Assembly (NCBI GenBank): GCA_031179165.1
Contig: JAPSIC010000002.1
Location: 3,423 to 67,422 of the forward strand
DNA length: 64,000 bases
Source: Brevibacterium sp.
GTDB lineage: Bacteria > Actinomycetota > Actinomycetes > Actinomycetales > Brevibacteriaceae
Reading direction: 5' to 3'
Both the position numbers and the translations under genes were made by a program. Within the stretch, counting starts at the first letter, position 1. Each line of letters starts with the position of its first letter. The notes under the pieces were generated by a model. The model was not told the DNA's origin. It ran no database searches and worked only from the letters and a program-made list of their open reading frames with translations. Positions 10,783 to 19,917 of this stretch are shown here, one piece after another.

Positions 10783-11469
10783 CTAGCGCGGTTCTCCGTA
10801 GAGGGCCGCGATGTCCGGGGAGTCCGGCCACCTGCTGTAGGTCGCCGACTGCGGCCAGCCGTCGGGGGAGTCCTGCCATTCCTCCTGGCGGCCCCAGGGC
10901 AGCAGGTCGATGAGCGGGAACACGTGGCTGACCTGTTCGACTCCGCGGCTGAAGGTGCCCCACGTGCGATAGACGGTCTCGCCGTCGCGGAAGAAGACAT
11001 TGAGCGCGAACCCGCCGCCGGCCGGTGCACCGACGTCGGCTCCGAAGTCGCTGTTCGCCGTCGAGTACCACGTCATCTGGTTGCCGACGCGTCGCCGATA
11101 CTCGAGGGCCTCGTCGATGGGCCCCTGGGTGACGATGACGAACCGGGCGTCCCAGTTGTCGAGGAAATCGAGCCGGGTGTACTGCGAGGAGAACCAGGTG
11201 CAGCCTCCGCATTGCCACTCCTCACCAGAATGCCACATGTGGTTGTAGACGATGAGCTGGTTCTTGCCCTCGAAGACGTCGACCAGTCGGACGGGACCGT
11301 CGGCGCCGTCGAGCGTGTACTCGGGCATCTCGACCATGGGCAGCCGCCGGCGCTGAGCGGCGATCGCGTCGAGTTCACGGGTTGCTGCCTTCTCGCGCTG
11401 CCGGAGCTGATCGAGCTCACTCTGCCATGTCGCCTGATCGACAACACGGGGTTTTCCTGCGATGGTCAT
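10783..11469 (-). CDS. DUF899 family thioredoxin-like protein
   Basis: EKAATRELDAIAAQRRRLP, CGGC, DLLPWGRQEEW. Confidence 0.85.
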   Translation of the reverse strand: MTIAGKPRVVDQATWQSELDQLRQREKAATRELDAIAAQRRRLPMVEMPEYTLDGADGPVRLVDVFEGKNQLIVYNHMWHSGEEWQCGGCTWFSSQYTRLDFLDNWDARFVIVTQGPIDEALEYRRRVGNQMTWYSTANSDFGADVGAPAGGGFALNVFFRDGETVYRTWGTFSRGVEQVSHVFPLIDLLPWGRQEEWQDSPDGWPQSATYSRWPDSPDIAALYGEPR

Positions 11470-11608
11470 CGTCGTCCCTCGTCTCGTGGTTGGCGGACTC
11501 CGGCGTCCGACTCTGTGGGTGCACCCTGCTGTGGTTCGTTCTGTGCGACCTGCTGTAGTTCGACCTGTGCGACCTGGTGGGGTTCCTCGGCGTCTGCGTC
11601 ACTGCAAC

Positions 11609-11627
11609 ATGTGTACACTGTGAACTT
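11609..11627. promoter_or_regulatory. Candidate TetR operator between the divergent DUF899 and TetR genes
   Basis: Imperfect dyad atgtgtacactgtgaactt in a locally AT-richer patch. Confidence 0.4.
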
Positions 11628-11664
11628 CATACAGAAGCATACGCTTGATCCCCGGGAGGCGGTA

Positions 11665-12351
11665 GTGGGCAGCGGAAGAAATTCGTACCACCACGGAGAT
11701 CTGCGGCGCTCACTGATCGATGAGGGTCTGGCCCTGACGCGCAGCCGGGGTCCGCGGGCATTGGGCCTGCGCGCGGTGACGAGGCAGGTGGGAGTCTCGG
11801 CGAACGCCGCGTACCGGCATTTCGCCAATCAACAGGCGCTGGTCGCCGCGGTCGCCGGCGAGATCCTGGAGAAGATGGCGGCCCAGATGCGAGAATTCAT
11901 CACCGCCGATCCGTCGCCTGATCCCCGCGAGCAGGCCCGCCATCGCCTGCGTGCCGTGGGTTTGGGCTACATCACCTTCGCCGTCTCCGAGCCCGGATGG
12001 TTCGAGACGGCCTTCTTCGGCACGGAGATGTCCGACCGCCAGAGCACTGGGTCGGACGATCACGACGAGACGCCGGAGCGCCACGAGACCGCATCGGACG
12101 ATCACGACGAGGCGCCGGAGCATTACGACGAGGCGCCCCCATTCGCGCTCCTTGTCGAGGCACTCGACGGCATGGTCGCCGCGGGGGTGCTCAGTGCTGA
12201 GCGACGACCCGGCGCCGAGTGGTCATGCTGGAGCGCCGTCCACGGCTTCGCGGAGCTGGTCGTCCACGGCCCGCTCCGGCAGAGGGAGTCCGTGGAGGTG
12301 ATGACCCTGGCCGCACGGGTCGTCGAGGACATCATCGCCGGAATCCGCTGA
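11665..12351 (+). CDS. TetR/AcrR family regulator (WHG-type C-terminus)
   Basis: YHHGDLR, GVSANAAYRHF, WSAVHG; GTG start after GGGAGG. Confidence 0.9.
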   Translation: MGSGRNSYHHGDLRRSLIDEGLALTRSRGPRALGLRAVTRQVGVSANAAYRHFANQQALVAAVAGEILEKMAAQMREFITADPSPDPREQARHRLRAVGLGYITFAVSEPGWFETAFFGTEMSDRQSTGSDDHDETPERHETASDDHDEAPEHYDEAPPFALLVEALDGMVAAGVLSAERRPGAEWSCWSAVHGFAELVVHGPLRQRESVEVMTLAARVVEDIIAGIR

Positions 12352-12360
12352 CTCACCGCC

Positions 12361-12510
12361 CGGCCGAACCCTCAGGCGAGTCTGACGGTCCCGGCCGATC
12401 AAGCCCTCAGGCTGGTCAGGTCCCGGCCGGTCAAGCCCTCAGGCTGGTCAGGCACCGGCCGGTCAAGCCTGAGGGCAGGTCAGGTCGCGCCCTGCCAGGC
12501 CGAGCCCTCA
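12361..12510. repeat. 32-bp tandem repeat between the convergent TetR and purD-purC genes
   Basis: tcccggccggtcaagccctcaggctggtcagg at 12389 and 12421, partial at 12453. Confidence 0.85.
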
Positions 12511-14883
12511 GGCGGGGAACGTCTCCCCGGTCAGGGTCTCGAAGGCCTCGATGTAGCGGGCGCGGGTCTTCTCGATGACCTCGGCCGGAAGCGGCGGCGG
12601 GGGAGTGTCCGATGACCTGTCCCACCCGGACTCCTGGGTCAGCCAGTCACGGACGAACTGCTTGTCGAAGCTCGGCTGGCTCGTTCCCGCCTCGTACCGG
12701 GAGGCATCCCAGAACCGGGAGGAATCCGGAGTGAGCACCTCGTCGCCGAGCACGATCGTGCCGTCGGCCAGGGTCCCGAACTCGAACTTCGTGTCCGCGA
12801 GGATGATCCCCCGTTCACGGGCGATCGCCTCGGCGCGCTGGTAGATCGTGATCGTCAGCTCGCGGATCCGCTCCGCCTGCTCGGAACCGATCGTCGACGC
12901 CACCTGTTCGAAGCTGACGTTCTCGTCGTGCTCGCCCACGGCGGCTTTCGTCGCCGGGGTGAAGATGGCCGGCTCGAGGCGGTCGGCTTCGACGAGCCCG
13001 GCCGGCAGCGGGATCCCGCACACCGAACCGGTCGCCCGGTAGTCGGCCATGCCCGAACCAGTGAGGTAACCGCGAGCCACGCATTCGACGGGGATCATCG
13101 TCAGGTTCTTCACGATCAGGCCACGCCCCTTGACGGCCGCGGGCACATCGGAGCTGACGACGTGGTTGCCGATCGTGTCGGCGAGCTGGTCGAACCACCA
13201 CAGGCTCAGCCCCGTGAGCACCTTGCCCTTGTCCGGGATCTCGGAGTCGAGGACCCAGTCGTAGGCGGATATCCGGTCGGAGGCGACCATGAGCAGCTCC
13301 GGCGCCGAGGCGACGTCGGCCGCGGATTCGGGGATGTAGAGGTCGCGGACCTTGCCCGAGTACACGTGCTTCCACCCCGCAACCTCCGGCGCCGAGGCGG
13401 TGGTGCGCTCCGGCGTCAGCGCGACCGTCTCCGTGGTCGCCGTCTCGGCGGCCGATGAATCCGCAGGCGGTGTTTGCCCGGCAGTCGGATTCGCCGTCGG
13501 CGTCTGCGGGGTCGGTGCCTGCGGGGTCGGCGCCTCCGGGGCGGCATAGACGTCGGGGAGGGTGATCTCACCGCGCGCGGCCGCCTCGGCGATGTCGGTG
13601 CGGTGCTGCTCGCCGTCCCAGCGGATCTTCGCGGCAGCCGCATAGGCCTTCTCGCGGGCCTCATCCAGGTCGGCGCCGAGGGAGACGACCGAGAGCACGC
13701 GCCCTCCGGCGGTGACGACGTCCCCGGCCTCGGCGATGTCGCCGGTGATCACGGCGTCCTCGGGCGCATGACCGGCGCTCGGGCCCTGCGCCCAGGCCGT
13801 GCCTGCGTGGAGGATGCTGATGTCCTCGTCATCGTCGGCGGTGTCGAGGCCGAGGATGATGTCCCCGGTGCGCGGCGAATCGGGATAGTTCTCGGCGGCC
13901 ATGACCACGGTGACGGAGGAGCGGGGATCCCACTCCAGTTCGCCCACCTCGTCGAGGCGGCCCTCGGCGGCGGCCAGCAGCGTCTGCCCCAGCGGGGAGC
14001 GGAGGCGGGCGAGCACGGACTGGGTCTCGGGGTCGCCGAAGCGGACATTGAACTCGACGACGCGCAGACCCTTCGACGTCAGCGCCAGACCGCAGTAGAG
14101 GAGGCCGACGAACGGGGTGCCACGGCGGGTCATCTCGTCGACGACGGGCTGGGCGACGGTGGTGACGATGTCGTCGACCAGGCCGGCCGGGGCCCAAGGC
14201 AGGGGAGAGTAGGCGCCCATGCCGCCGGTGTTCGGACCGGTATCGCCGTTGCCGATGCGTTTGAAGTCCTGCGCCGGGGCCAGCGGAATCGTGCGCTGCC
14301 CGTCGCAGAGGACGAAGAGGGAGACCTCGGGCCCGTCGAGGTAGTCCTCGACGACGACCCGGTCGGAGACCTCGAGGCAGGAGGTGGCGTGAGTCAGCGC
14401 CTCGTCACGGTCGGAGGTGACGACCACGCCCTTGCCGGCGGCGAGGCCATCGGCCTTGACGACGAACGGGGCGCCGAACTCGTAGAGGGCGGCTTCCGCC
14501 TCGACGGGGGTGTGGGCGACGACGGCACGGGCGGTCGGCACTCCGGCGGCCTCCATCACCTCTTTTGCGAACGCTTTCGAGCCTTCCAGGTGCGCGGCCA
14601 CGGAGCTGGGCCCGAAGACCGGGATCGAGGCCTCCCGCAGGGCGTCGGCGACACCGGCGACGAGCGGGGCCTCCGGACCGACGACGACCAGGTCGACGTC
14701 GAGGGAGTCCGCCAGAGCGGTGACCGCGGCCGGATCGGTCGCATCGACGGACTGCGTGTGGGCGACCTGCGCGATGCCCGGATTGCCGGGCGCGGCGATC
14801 ACCGCATCGACCTGGGGGTCACGACTGAGAGCGAGGACGAGGGCGTGTTCGCGGGAGCCCGAACCGATGACAAGAACCTTCAC
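12508..14883 (-). CDS. purD: Fused phosphoribosylamine-glycine ligase / SAICAR synthetase (PurD-PurC)
   Basis: N-terminal MKVLVIGSGSREHAL, KADGLAAGKGV, GPNTGGMGAY, EFNVRFGDPE; Pro/Thr/Ala linker; C-terminal YSGKVRDLY, SDRISAYD, ADTKFEFG, DEVLTPDSSRFW, DKQFVRDWL; one 791-aa ORF. Confidence 0.92.
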   Translation of the reverse strand: MKVLVIGSGSREHALVLALSRDPQVDAVIAAPGNPGIAQVAHTQSVDATDPAAVTALADSLDVDLVVVGPEAPLVAGVADALREASIPVFGPSSVAAHLEGSKAFAKEVMEAAGVPTARAVVAHTPVEAEAALYEFGAPFVVKADGLAAGKGVVVTSDRDEALTHATSCLEVSDRVVVEDYLDGPEVSLFVLCDGQRTIPLAPAQDFKRIGNGDTGPNTGGMGAYSPLPWAPAGLVDDIVTTVAQPVVDEMTRRGTPFVGLLYCGLALTSKGLRVVEFNVRFGDPETQSVLARLRSPLGQTLLAAAEGRLDEVGELEWDPRSSVTVVMAAENYPDSPRTGDIILGLDTADDDEDISILHAGTAWAQGPSAGHAPEDAVITGDIAEAGDVVTAGGRVLSVVSLGADLDEAREKAYAAAAKIRWDGEQHRTDIAEAAARGEITLPDVYAAPEAPTPQAPTPQTPTANPTAGQTPPADSSAAETATTETVALTPERTTASAPEVAGWKHVYSGKVRDLYIPESAADVASAPELLMVASDRISAYDWVLDSEIPDKGKVLTGLSLWWFDQLADTIGNHVVSSDVPAAVKGRGLIVKNLTMIPVECVARGYLTGSGMADYRATGSVCGIPLPAGLVEADRLEPAIFTPATKAAVGEHDENVSFEQVASTIGSEQAERIRELTITIYQRAEAIARERGIILADTKFEFGTLADGTIVLGDEVLTPDSSRFWDASRYEAGTSQPSFDKQFVRDWLTQESGWDRSSDTPPPPLPAEVIEKTRARYIEAFETLTGETFPA

Positions 14884-14887
14884 ACCA

Positions 14888-14911
14888 CCAGCCTATAAGG
14901 TCGTAGGCTGG
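14888..14911. promoter_or_regulatory. Back-to-back -10 elements (TAGGCT on both strands) for divergent leaderless purD and asparaginase genes
   Basis: ccagccta-N8-taggctgg; each TAGGCT is 6-7 nt from a GTG start; only 33 bp intergenic. Confidence 0.65.
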
Positions 14912-14916
14912 AGTGC

Positions 14917-16176
14917 GTGAGCCGATCCACTTTCACTCCCGCCGAGGCGGTCGAACTGGCAGCCGTCGTCCGCAGCGGTTTCGTCGAATCCCGTCACATC
15001 GGATCCGCCATGGTCCTCGATCCCAGCGGTTCCCCGCTGATCAGCCTGGGCGCACCCGAATCTCCTGTGTTCACCCGGTCGAGTCTCAAGCCGCTTCAGG
15101 CGATCGCCGCGATGAGCCTCGGTGCGCGCGTGTCGGGAGCCTCGGCCGCCCTGGCCACCGCCTCCCACCGGTGCGAGGCTCGCCACGCCGAGGTGGTCGC
15201 GGGGATGCTCGACTCCGTCGGGCTCAGCGCCGCCGACCTCAGATGCCCGCCCGCTCATCCCGCTGACGGGACGTTCCGTCGGAGCCTGGTGGCCCGCGCG
15301 TTCGAGGAGGTCACGACCCCGGTCCGGACGACCGCCGACGGGGCCACGCCAGCGCGGCAGCTGGACGGGAAGTCGCCGCTCTACTTCAACTGCTCCGGCA
15401 AACATGCCGCCTTCCTCATGGCAGCCGTCGCGACCGGTGCCGACACAGCGACCTACCTCGATTCCGCCCACCCCGTGCAGCGCCGGGTCGCCGAGGTGGT
15501 CGAAGCCTTCGCCGGCGAATCCCCGGCCGCGGTCGGGGTCGACGGCTGCGGAGCACCCGTGTTCGCCCTCAGCCTCACCGGCCTGGCCCGAGCCGTCGGC
15601 CGCGTGGTCCGCCTCGGTGCCGGAGATGCCGGCGCTGACCCTACCGCCGCAGACATTGCCCGCGCTGACCCTGCCGGTACTGACCCTGCCGGCGCCGACC
15701 CTGCCGGCGGCAGCGCCGTCGTCGGCCCCGTCGGGCCGAAACCCGAATCAAACCCCTCCGTCCCGACCGACGAGCGACTGCCCGACTGCACCGCCTATGC
15801 CGCCGAGGCGCGCACGCTCATCGATGGGGTCTTCGCCCACCCGTGGGGGATCGAGGGGCAGGGCCGGCCGAACACCACCGTCATCGACCGCCTCGGCGTC
15901 TTCGCCAAGGGCGGCGCCGAAGGGGTCATCGTCATGGCGACGAAGTCGGGTCATGCGGTGGCGGTCAAGTGCCTCGACGGGTCCTCACGGGCGACGAGCC
16001 TCATCGCCCTCACCCTGCTCGAGAAGGCCGGAGCCTTCGCGGAGGATCCCCGCGTCACCCCGGAGCTGCTCGCCGAGGTCATCTCGGCGATCACCGACCC
16101 CGTCACCGGCGGAACGGATTCCGAGGGGCGGACGGCGATTGTCGGAGAGATCGTGCTCGGCGAGGATGTGAACTGA
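14917..16176 (+). CDS. Class 3 (Rhizobium etli AnsA-type) L-asparaginase family protein
   Basis: RSGFVES.H.G, RSSLKPLQA, NCSGKH, DGCGAP, KGGAEG, VKCLDGS. Confidence 0.85.
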   Translation: MSRSTFTPAEAVELAAVVRSGFVESRHIGSAMVLDPSGSPLISLGAPESPVFTRSSLKPLQAIAAMSLGARVSGASAALATASHRCEARHAEVVAGMLDSVGLSAADLRCPPAHPADGTFRRSLVARAFEEVTTPVRTTADGATPARQLDGKSPLYFNCSGKHAAFLMAAVATGADTATYLDSAHPVQRRVAEVVEAFAGESPAAVGVDGCGAPVFALSLTGLARAVGRVVRLGAGDAGADPTAADIARADPAGTDPAGADPAGGSAVVGPVGPKPESNPSVPTDERLPDCTAYAAEARTLIDGVFAHPWGIEGQGRPNTTVIDRLGVFAKGGAEGVIVMATKSGHAVAVKCLDGSSRATSLIALTLLEKAGAFAEDPRVTPELLAEVISAITDPVTGGTDSEGRTAIVGEIVLGEDVN

Positions 16177-16194
16177 GAATCGAGAGGATGTCAG

Positions 16195-16596
16195 ATGGCG
16201 ATTCGCAGAAGGATTGACCCGGCCGAGGGCCGCAGTGCGCTCGAGCTGTGGGTCGCCCACGCCGATGCCGATGGTGCACCGGCGGACCGGTCGACGACCG
16301 CGACCGCGGTCCGCTTCACCCTGGAGGAGCTCGCATCGCGGGCGGAGGGCAACAGCGTCGAAGTCCGAGTCCCGCCCTTCGGCGTCACCCAGTGCATTCC
16401 CGGCCCCCGCCACACCCGCGGCACACCCCCGAACGTCGTCGAGACCTCGGCGGAGGTGTGGCTCAGCCTCGTCACCGGCCGGACCGATTTCGCCTCGGCG
16501 CTGGCCGCCGGCACCGTCGACGCCTCGGGCACCCGCGCCGACCTCAGCGACTACGTCCCCCTGTACACGAGCGCCGAACTGGAAGGCAGGCGATGA
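16195..16596 (+). CDS. Bacterial sterol-carrier (SCP) family protein
   Basis: SVEVRVPPFG..QCIPGPRHTRGTPPNVVE, ASGTRADL. Confidence 0.8.
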   Translation: MAIRRRIDPAEGRSALELWVAHADADGAPADRSTTATAVRFTLEELASRAEGNSVEVRVPPFGVTQCIPGPRHTRGTPPNVVETSAEVWLSLVTGRTDFASALAAGTVDASGTRADLSDYVPLYTSAELEGRR

Positions 16597-18035
16597 GCCC
16601 GCAGATCACCCAGACCACGTCATTCATCGGGGGACGGCACGTCCCCTCACTGACCACCTACGCCAACATCGACCCGGCCACCGGCGACCACCTCGGTGAC
16701 GTGTCCCGGGGCGGTGCCGACGAGGTCGACCGTGCCGTCAGGGCCGCGGTGAAGGCGCAGCGGGAGTGGAGGCGGACCAGCCCCGAACAGCGCTCCCGGC
16801 TCCTCGTCGCCACCGCCGAGGTGGTGCGCGGGCACCGCGACGAGCTCGCCCGACTCGAATCCGAGGACACGGGCAAGCCGCTGACCCAGGCCTATGCCGA
16901 CGTCGACGTCTGCGCCCGCTACTTCGAGTTCTACGGCCACACCATCGAGTCCTACTACGGGCACGCGATCCCGCTGGCCGAGGACATGCACGTCTACACC
17001 CGCCGCGAACCCTACGGCGTGACCGGGCACATCGTCGCCTGGAACTACCCGCTGCAGCTCATCGGCCGGGCCGCCGCGACCTCGCTGTCGACGGGCAACT
17101 GCGCGGTCGCCAAACCCGCCGACGAGACCCCGCGCTCGACGGTGCGCCTGGCCGAGCTCATCCACTCCGTCGGCTTCCCCGCCGGTGCGTTCAACGTGGT
17201 CACGGGCCTCGGCGCCGAGGCGGGTGCGGCTCTGGCTGCCCACCCCGACGTCGCGCATCTGGGCTTCGTCGGCTCGACGCAGACCGGGTCGGCGATCGCC
17301 CATGCCGCCGCGGACCGCGTGGTCCCGACCGTCCTCGAACTCGGCGGCAAGTCGGCGAACATCGTCTTCGCCGACGCCGACATCGACGCGGCGATCCCGT
17401 CACTGCTCCGGTCGATCATCCAGAACGCCGGGCAGACCTGCTCGGCCGGCTCCCGGCTCCTCGTCCACCAGCGCGTCCACGCCGAGGTGATCGAGAAGCT
17501 GGCGGCCGCGATGAGTGAGGTGACGATCGGACACGGCCTCGACGATCCGATGCTCGGACCCCTCGTGTCGGCGAAGCAGCAGTCCCGGGTGGCAGGGTTT
17601 CTGTCCGACATCGGCGGCGCGGAGATCGTCACCGGAGGCAGCCGACCCGACGGGCTGGCCGACGACCTGGCCGGGGGCGCGTTCATCGCCCCGACCCTCG
17701 TCGACAACGTCTCACCCGGTTCCTCGCTCGCCCAGGAGGAGGTGTTCGGTCCCGTGGTCGCGGCCATGCGCTTCGATGACGACGCCGAGGCCATCGCCCT
17801 GGCCAATGGCACCCAGTACGGTCTCGTCTCGGCGCTGTGGACGCAGAACCTGTCCCGCGCGCACCGGCTCGCCGCCGAGGTGGACGCCGGGCAGATCTTC
17901 GTCAACACCTACGGCGCCGGCGGGGGAGTGGAGCTGCCGTTCGGCGGGTTCAAGAAGTCCGGCTACGGCCGCGAGAAGTCCATCGAGGCCTTCGATGAGT
18001 ACACCCAGACGAAGACCGTGGTCGTCCGGCTGTAG
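16593..18035 (+). CDS. Aldehyde dehydrogenase
   Basis: WNYPLQ, ELGGKSA, NAGQTCSAGSR, EEVFGPV; ATGA overlap with the upstream stop. Confidence 0.9.
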   Translation: MSPQITQTTSFIGGRHVPSLTTYANIDPATGDHLGDVSRGGADEVDRAVRAAVKAQREWRRTSPEQRSRLLVATAEVVRGHRDELARLESEDTGKPLTQAYADVDVCARYFEFYGHTIESYYGHAIPLAEDMHVYTRREPYGVTGHIVAWNYPLQLIGRAAATSLSTGNCAVAKPADETPRSTVRLAELIHSVGFPAGAFNVVTGLGAEAGAALAAHPDVAHLGFVGSTQTGSAIAHAAADRVVPTVLELGGKSANIVFADADIDAAIPSLLRSIIQNAGQTCSAGSRLLVHQRVHAEVIEKLAAAMSEVTIGHGLDDPMLGPLVSAKQQSRVAGFLSDIGGAEIVTGGSRPDGLADDLAGGAFIAPTLVDNVSPGSSLAQEEVFGPVVAAMRFDDDAEAIALANGTQYGLVSALWTQNLSRAHRLAAEVDAGQIFVNTYGAGGGVELPFGGFKKSGYGREKSIEAFDEYTQTKTVVVRL

Positions 18036-18044
18036 AGGACTCCC

Positions 18045-19034
18045 TCAGGCGGAGGTGCGGTGGTGGGCGTTCTTCCGGCGGGGGACGCGGACGACCCTGA
18101 CCGGGCACACCGCGTGGGCGAGCACCGCCTGCGACGTCGACCCGAGCAGGGTCGCGACGAAACCGCCGCGTCCGCGAGAGCCGATGATCATGAGATCGGC
18201 GGTGTAGCTGGCATTGACCAGCACCTCGGCGGCGGGGGCATCGTAGATGGACCAGCGGATCTCCACGTCGGGGAACTCATCGGCCAGGGTCGCGACCTCC
18301 ATCTCCCTCCGGGCGGCCGCCTCGTCGTACATCTTCTGCAGGTGCGTCTCGCTCGGCATCCACTCCGGGGACAGGATGTGGGTCGAGGTGATGCCGACGA
18401 GGTGGAGGGGCTGCTCGTAGAGCCGCGCCTGAATCGCTGCTTCCCGCAGGACGGGGGACCCGGATTCGAACGGATCCGCACCGGCGACGATCTCACCCGA
18501 GAAGTCGGGACGGGAGCGCCTGTCGGCGTCGGTGAACTGCCGGGCTCCGTTCGAGCGGACGGGCAGGTCGATCGGGGCGATGTGCTCCGGTTCGGGACGA
18601 TCGGGCCAGGTCGAGGGGATGACGACCGTCGGGCACTGCGCGTGGGCGGGCATCGCCAGAGCCACCGATCCGAGCAGACGACCATGGAAGCCGCCGCGAC
18701 CGCGGGCGCCGATGACCGCCAGGTCCGCGGTCTTGGAGTTCTCGACCATGACCCCCGATGCGTCTCCCGGGGCGACCACCGTCGTCACGTGGACCCCGGC
18801 GTCGCGGATGACCTGAGCGGTCGCCTCGGCGAGCTGCCGGGTGGAGTCCTTGACTGCCGAATCGAAGTCGACCGGGTAGACGATGTCGGACTTGGACATG
18901 GCGACTCCGGGAACCGTGTACGCGGCGATGAGCCGGATCTCGGCCGAGCTCGCCTGCGCATGTCTGACGGCCCACTGCACCGCGCCGTTGCTGTTGGAGG
19001 AGCCATCGATTCCGACGATGATCGTATGAGACAT
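18045..19034 (-). CDS. Universal stress protein (two USP domains)
   Basis: IIVGIDGS, GARGRGGF.GRLLGSV, GSRGRGGF..TLLGSTS..HAVCPV. Confidence 0.9.
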   Translation of the reverse strand: MSHTIIVGIDGSSNSNGAVQWAVRHAQASSAEIRLIAAYTVPGVAMSKSDIVYPVDFDSAVKDSTRQLAEATAQVIRDAGVHVTTVVAPGDASGVMVENSKTADLAVIGARGRGGFHGRLLGSVALAMPAHAQCPTVVIPSTWPDRPEPEHIAPIDLPVRSNGARQFTDADRRSRPDFSGEIVAGADPFESGSPVLREAAIQARLYEQPLHLVGITSTHILSPEWMPSETHLQKMYDEAAARREMEVATLADEFPDVEIRWSIYDAPAAEVLVNASYTADLMIIGSRGRGGFVATLLGSTSQAVLAHAVCPVRVVRVPRRKNAHHRTSA

Positions 19035-19333
19035 GTCCCGCCCTCTGTGAGATGAACTACCGGCAGCGTTGCTGATTCCAAGCTTAAGTGACTTCCTCGC
19101 ATTCGGGTATGGACCGCGACGGGATTCGTCGGCGGGGACGTTCCGTCGGCGGCGCAGGTTCGTCGAACCCGCAGACCGGAGCCTGCACAGACCGGAGATC
19201 GCGCAGACCGGAGCCAGGCTGGGAATCGGTCGGGGCGGACTCGACTAGACTGTCCGCGAATCGAAATCGGCGGTCGCTCCGCCACCATTGAGCTCGTCGC
19301 AGCAGGCGTCGGCGGGCAGGCACCAAGGAGATC

Positions 19334-19867
19334 ATGAAGGACCAGATCGACGTCACCGTCCGTCGCAGCCCCAAGTATTCGGTGTTCATCGGCCTGGGTG
19401 CGATCGTGGGGATCCTGGTCGCCGGAATCCTCTCGCTGACGGTCGACCCCGCGGCGATGCCCGACGGCTACACCGTGGGCAAGGGCCTGGGCCTGGCGCT
19501 GCTGGTCCTCGCCATCGCCGGTGGGTTCTGCGGCGGATTCGTCGCGCTCCTGCTCGACCGGATCGGCCGGCGCCGGGAGCGGAAGTACCGGGTCGAGGCT
19601 CAGATCGACATGGTCGACGACCCGAAGGAGGTCGCGCGTCGGCGCCTGGCGGAGATGAGAGGCGAGACTCCCGCAGAGGAGGCTGAGGCTCCCATCAAGG
19701 AGGGCGTGGCTCCCGCCGAGGCGGCTGGGACTCCCACCAAGGAGGGCGCGGCTCCTGCCGAGGAGGCCGGGGCTCCCACCAAGGAGGGTGCGGCTCCCAA
19801 CGAGGCGGAGGAGGGCTCCGCCTCGAAGCCGGGCACCACCTCGGCGGACGAGGATCCACGCGCCTGA
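19334..19867 (+). CDS. Hypothetical two-TM membrane protein with a repetitive acidic C-terminus
   Basis: VRRSPKY followed by two hydrophobic helices; AAGGAG RBS; 14-aa repeats. Confidence 0.7.
   Translation: MKDQIDVTVRRSPKYSVFIGLGAIVGILVAGILSLTVDPAAMPDGYTVGKGLGLALLVLAIAGGFCGGFVALLLDRIGRRRERKYRVEAQIDMVDDPKEVARRRLAEMRGETPAEEAEAPIKEGVAPAEAAGTPTKEGAAPAEEAGAPTKEGAAPNEAEEGSASKPGTTSADEDPRA
19668..19812 (+). repeat. In-frame 42-bp tandem repeat, about 3 copies (APxKEGxAPAExAG)
   Basis: ctcccaccaaggagggcgcggctcc-like units. Confidence 0.85.
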
Positions 19868-19917
19868 GCCCGCCCCTGGGATGATCGACGCTCAGGGGAA
19901 TGTGAGATAATTCTTCG

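Noticed and set aside
10498-11664. 617-aa ORF suggesting a long N-terminal extension on TetR (likewise extended LysR 40965-42644 and racemase 36311-37744)
   Set aside because: The extensions overlap genuine genes, and internal starts with an RBS give normal-sized proteins
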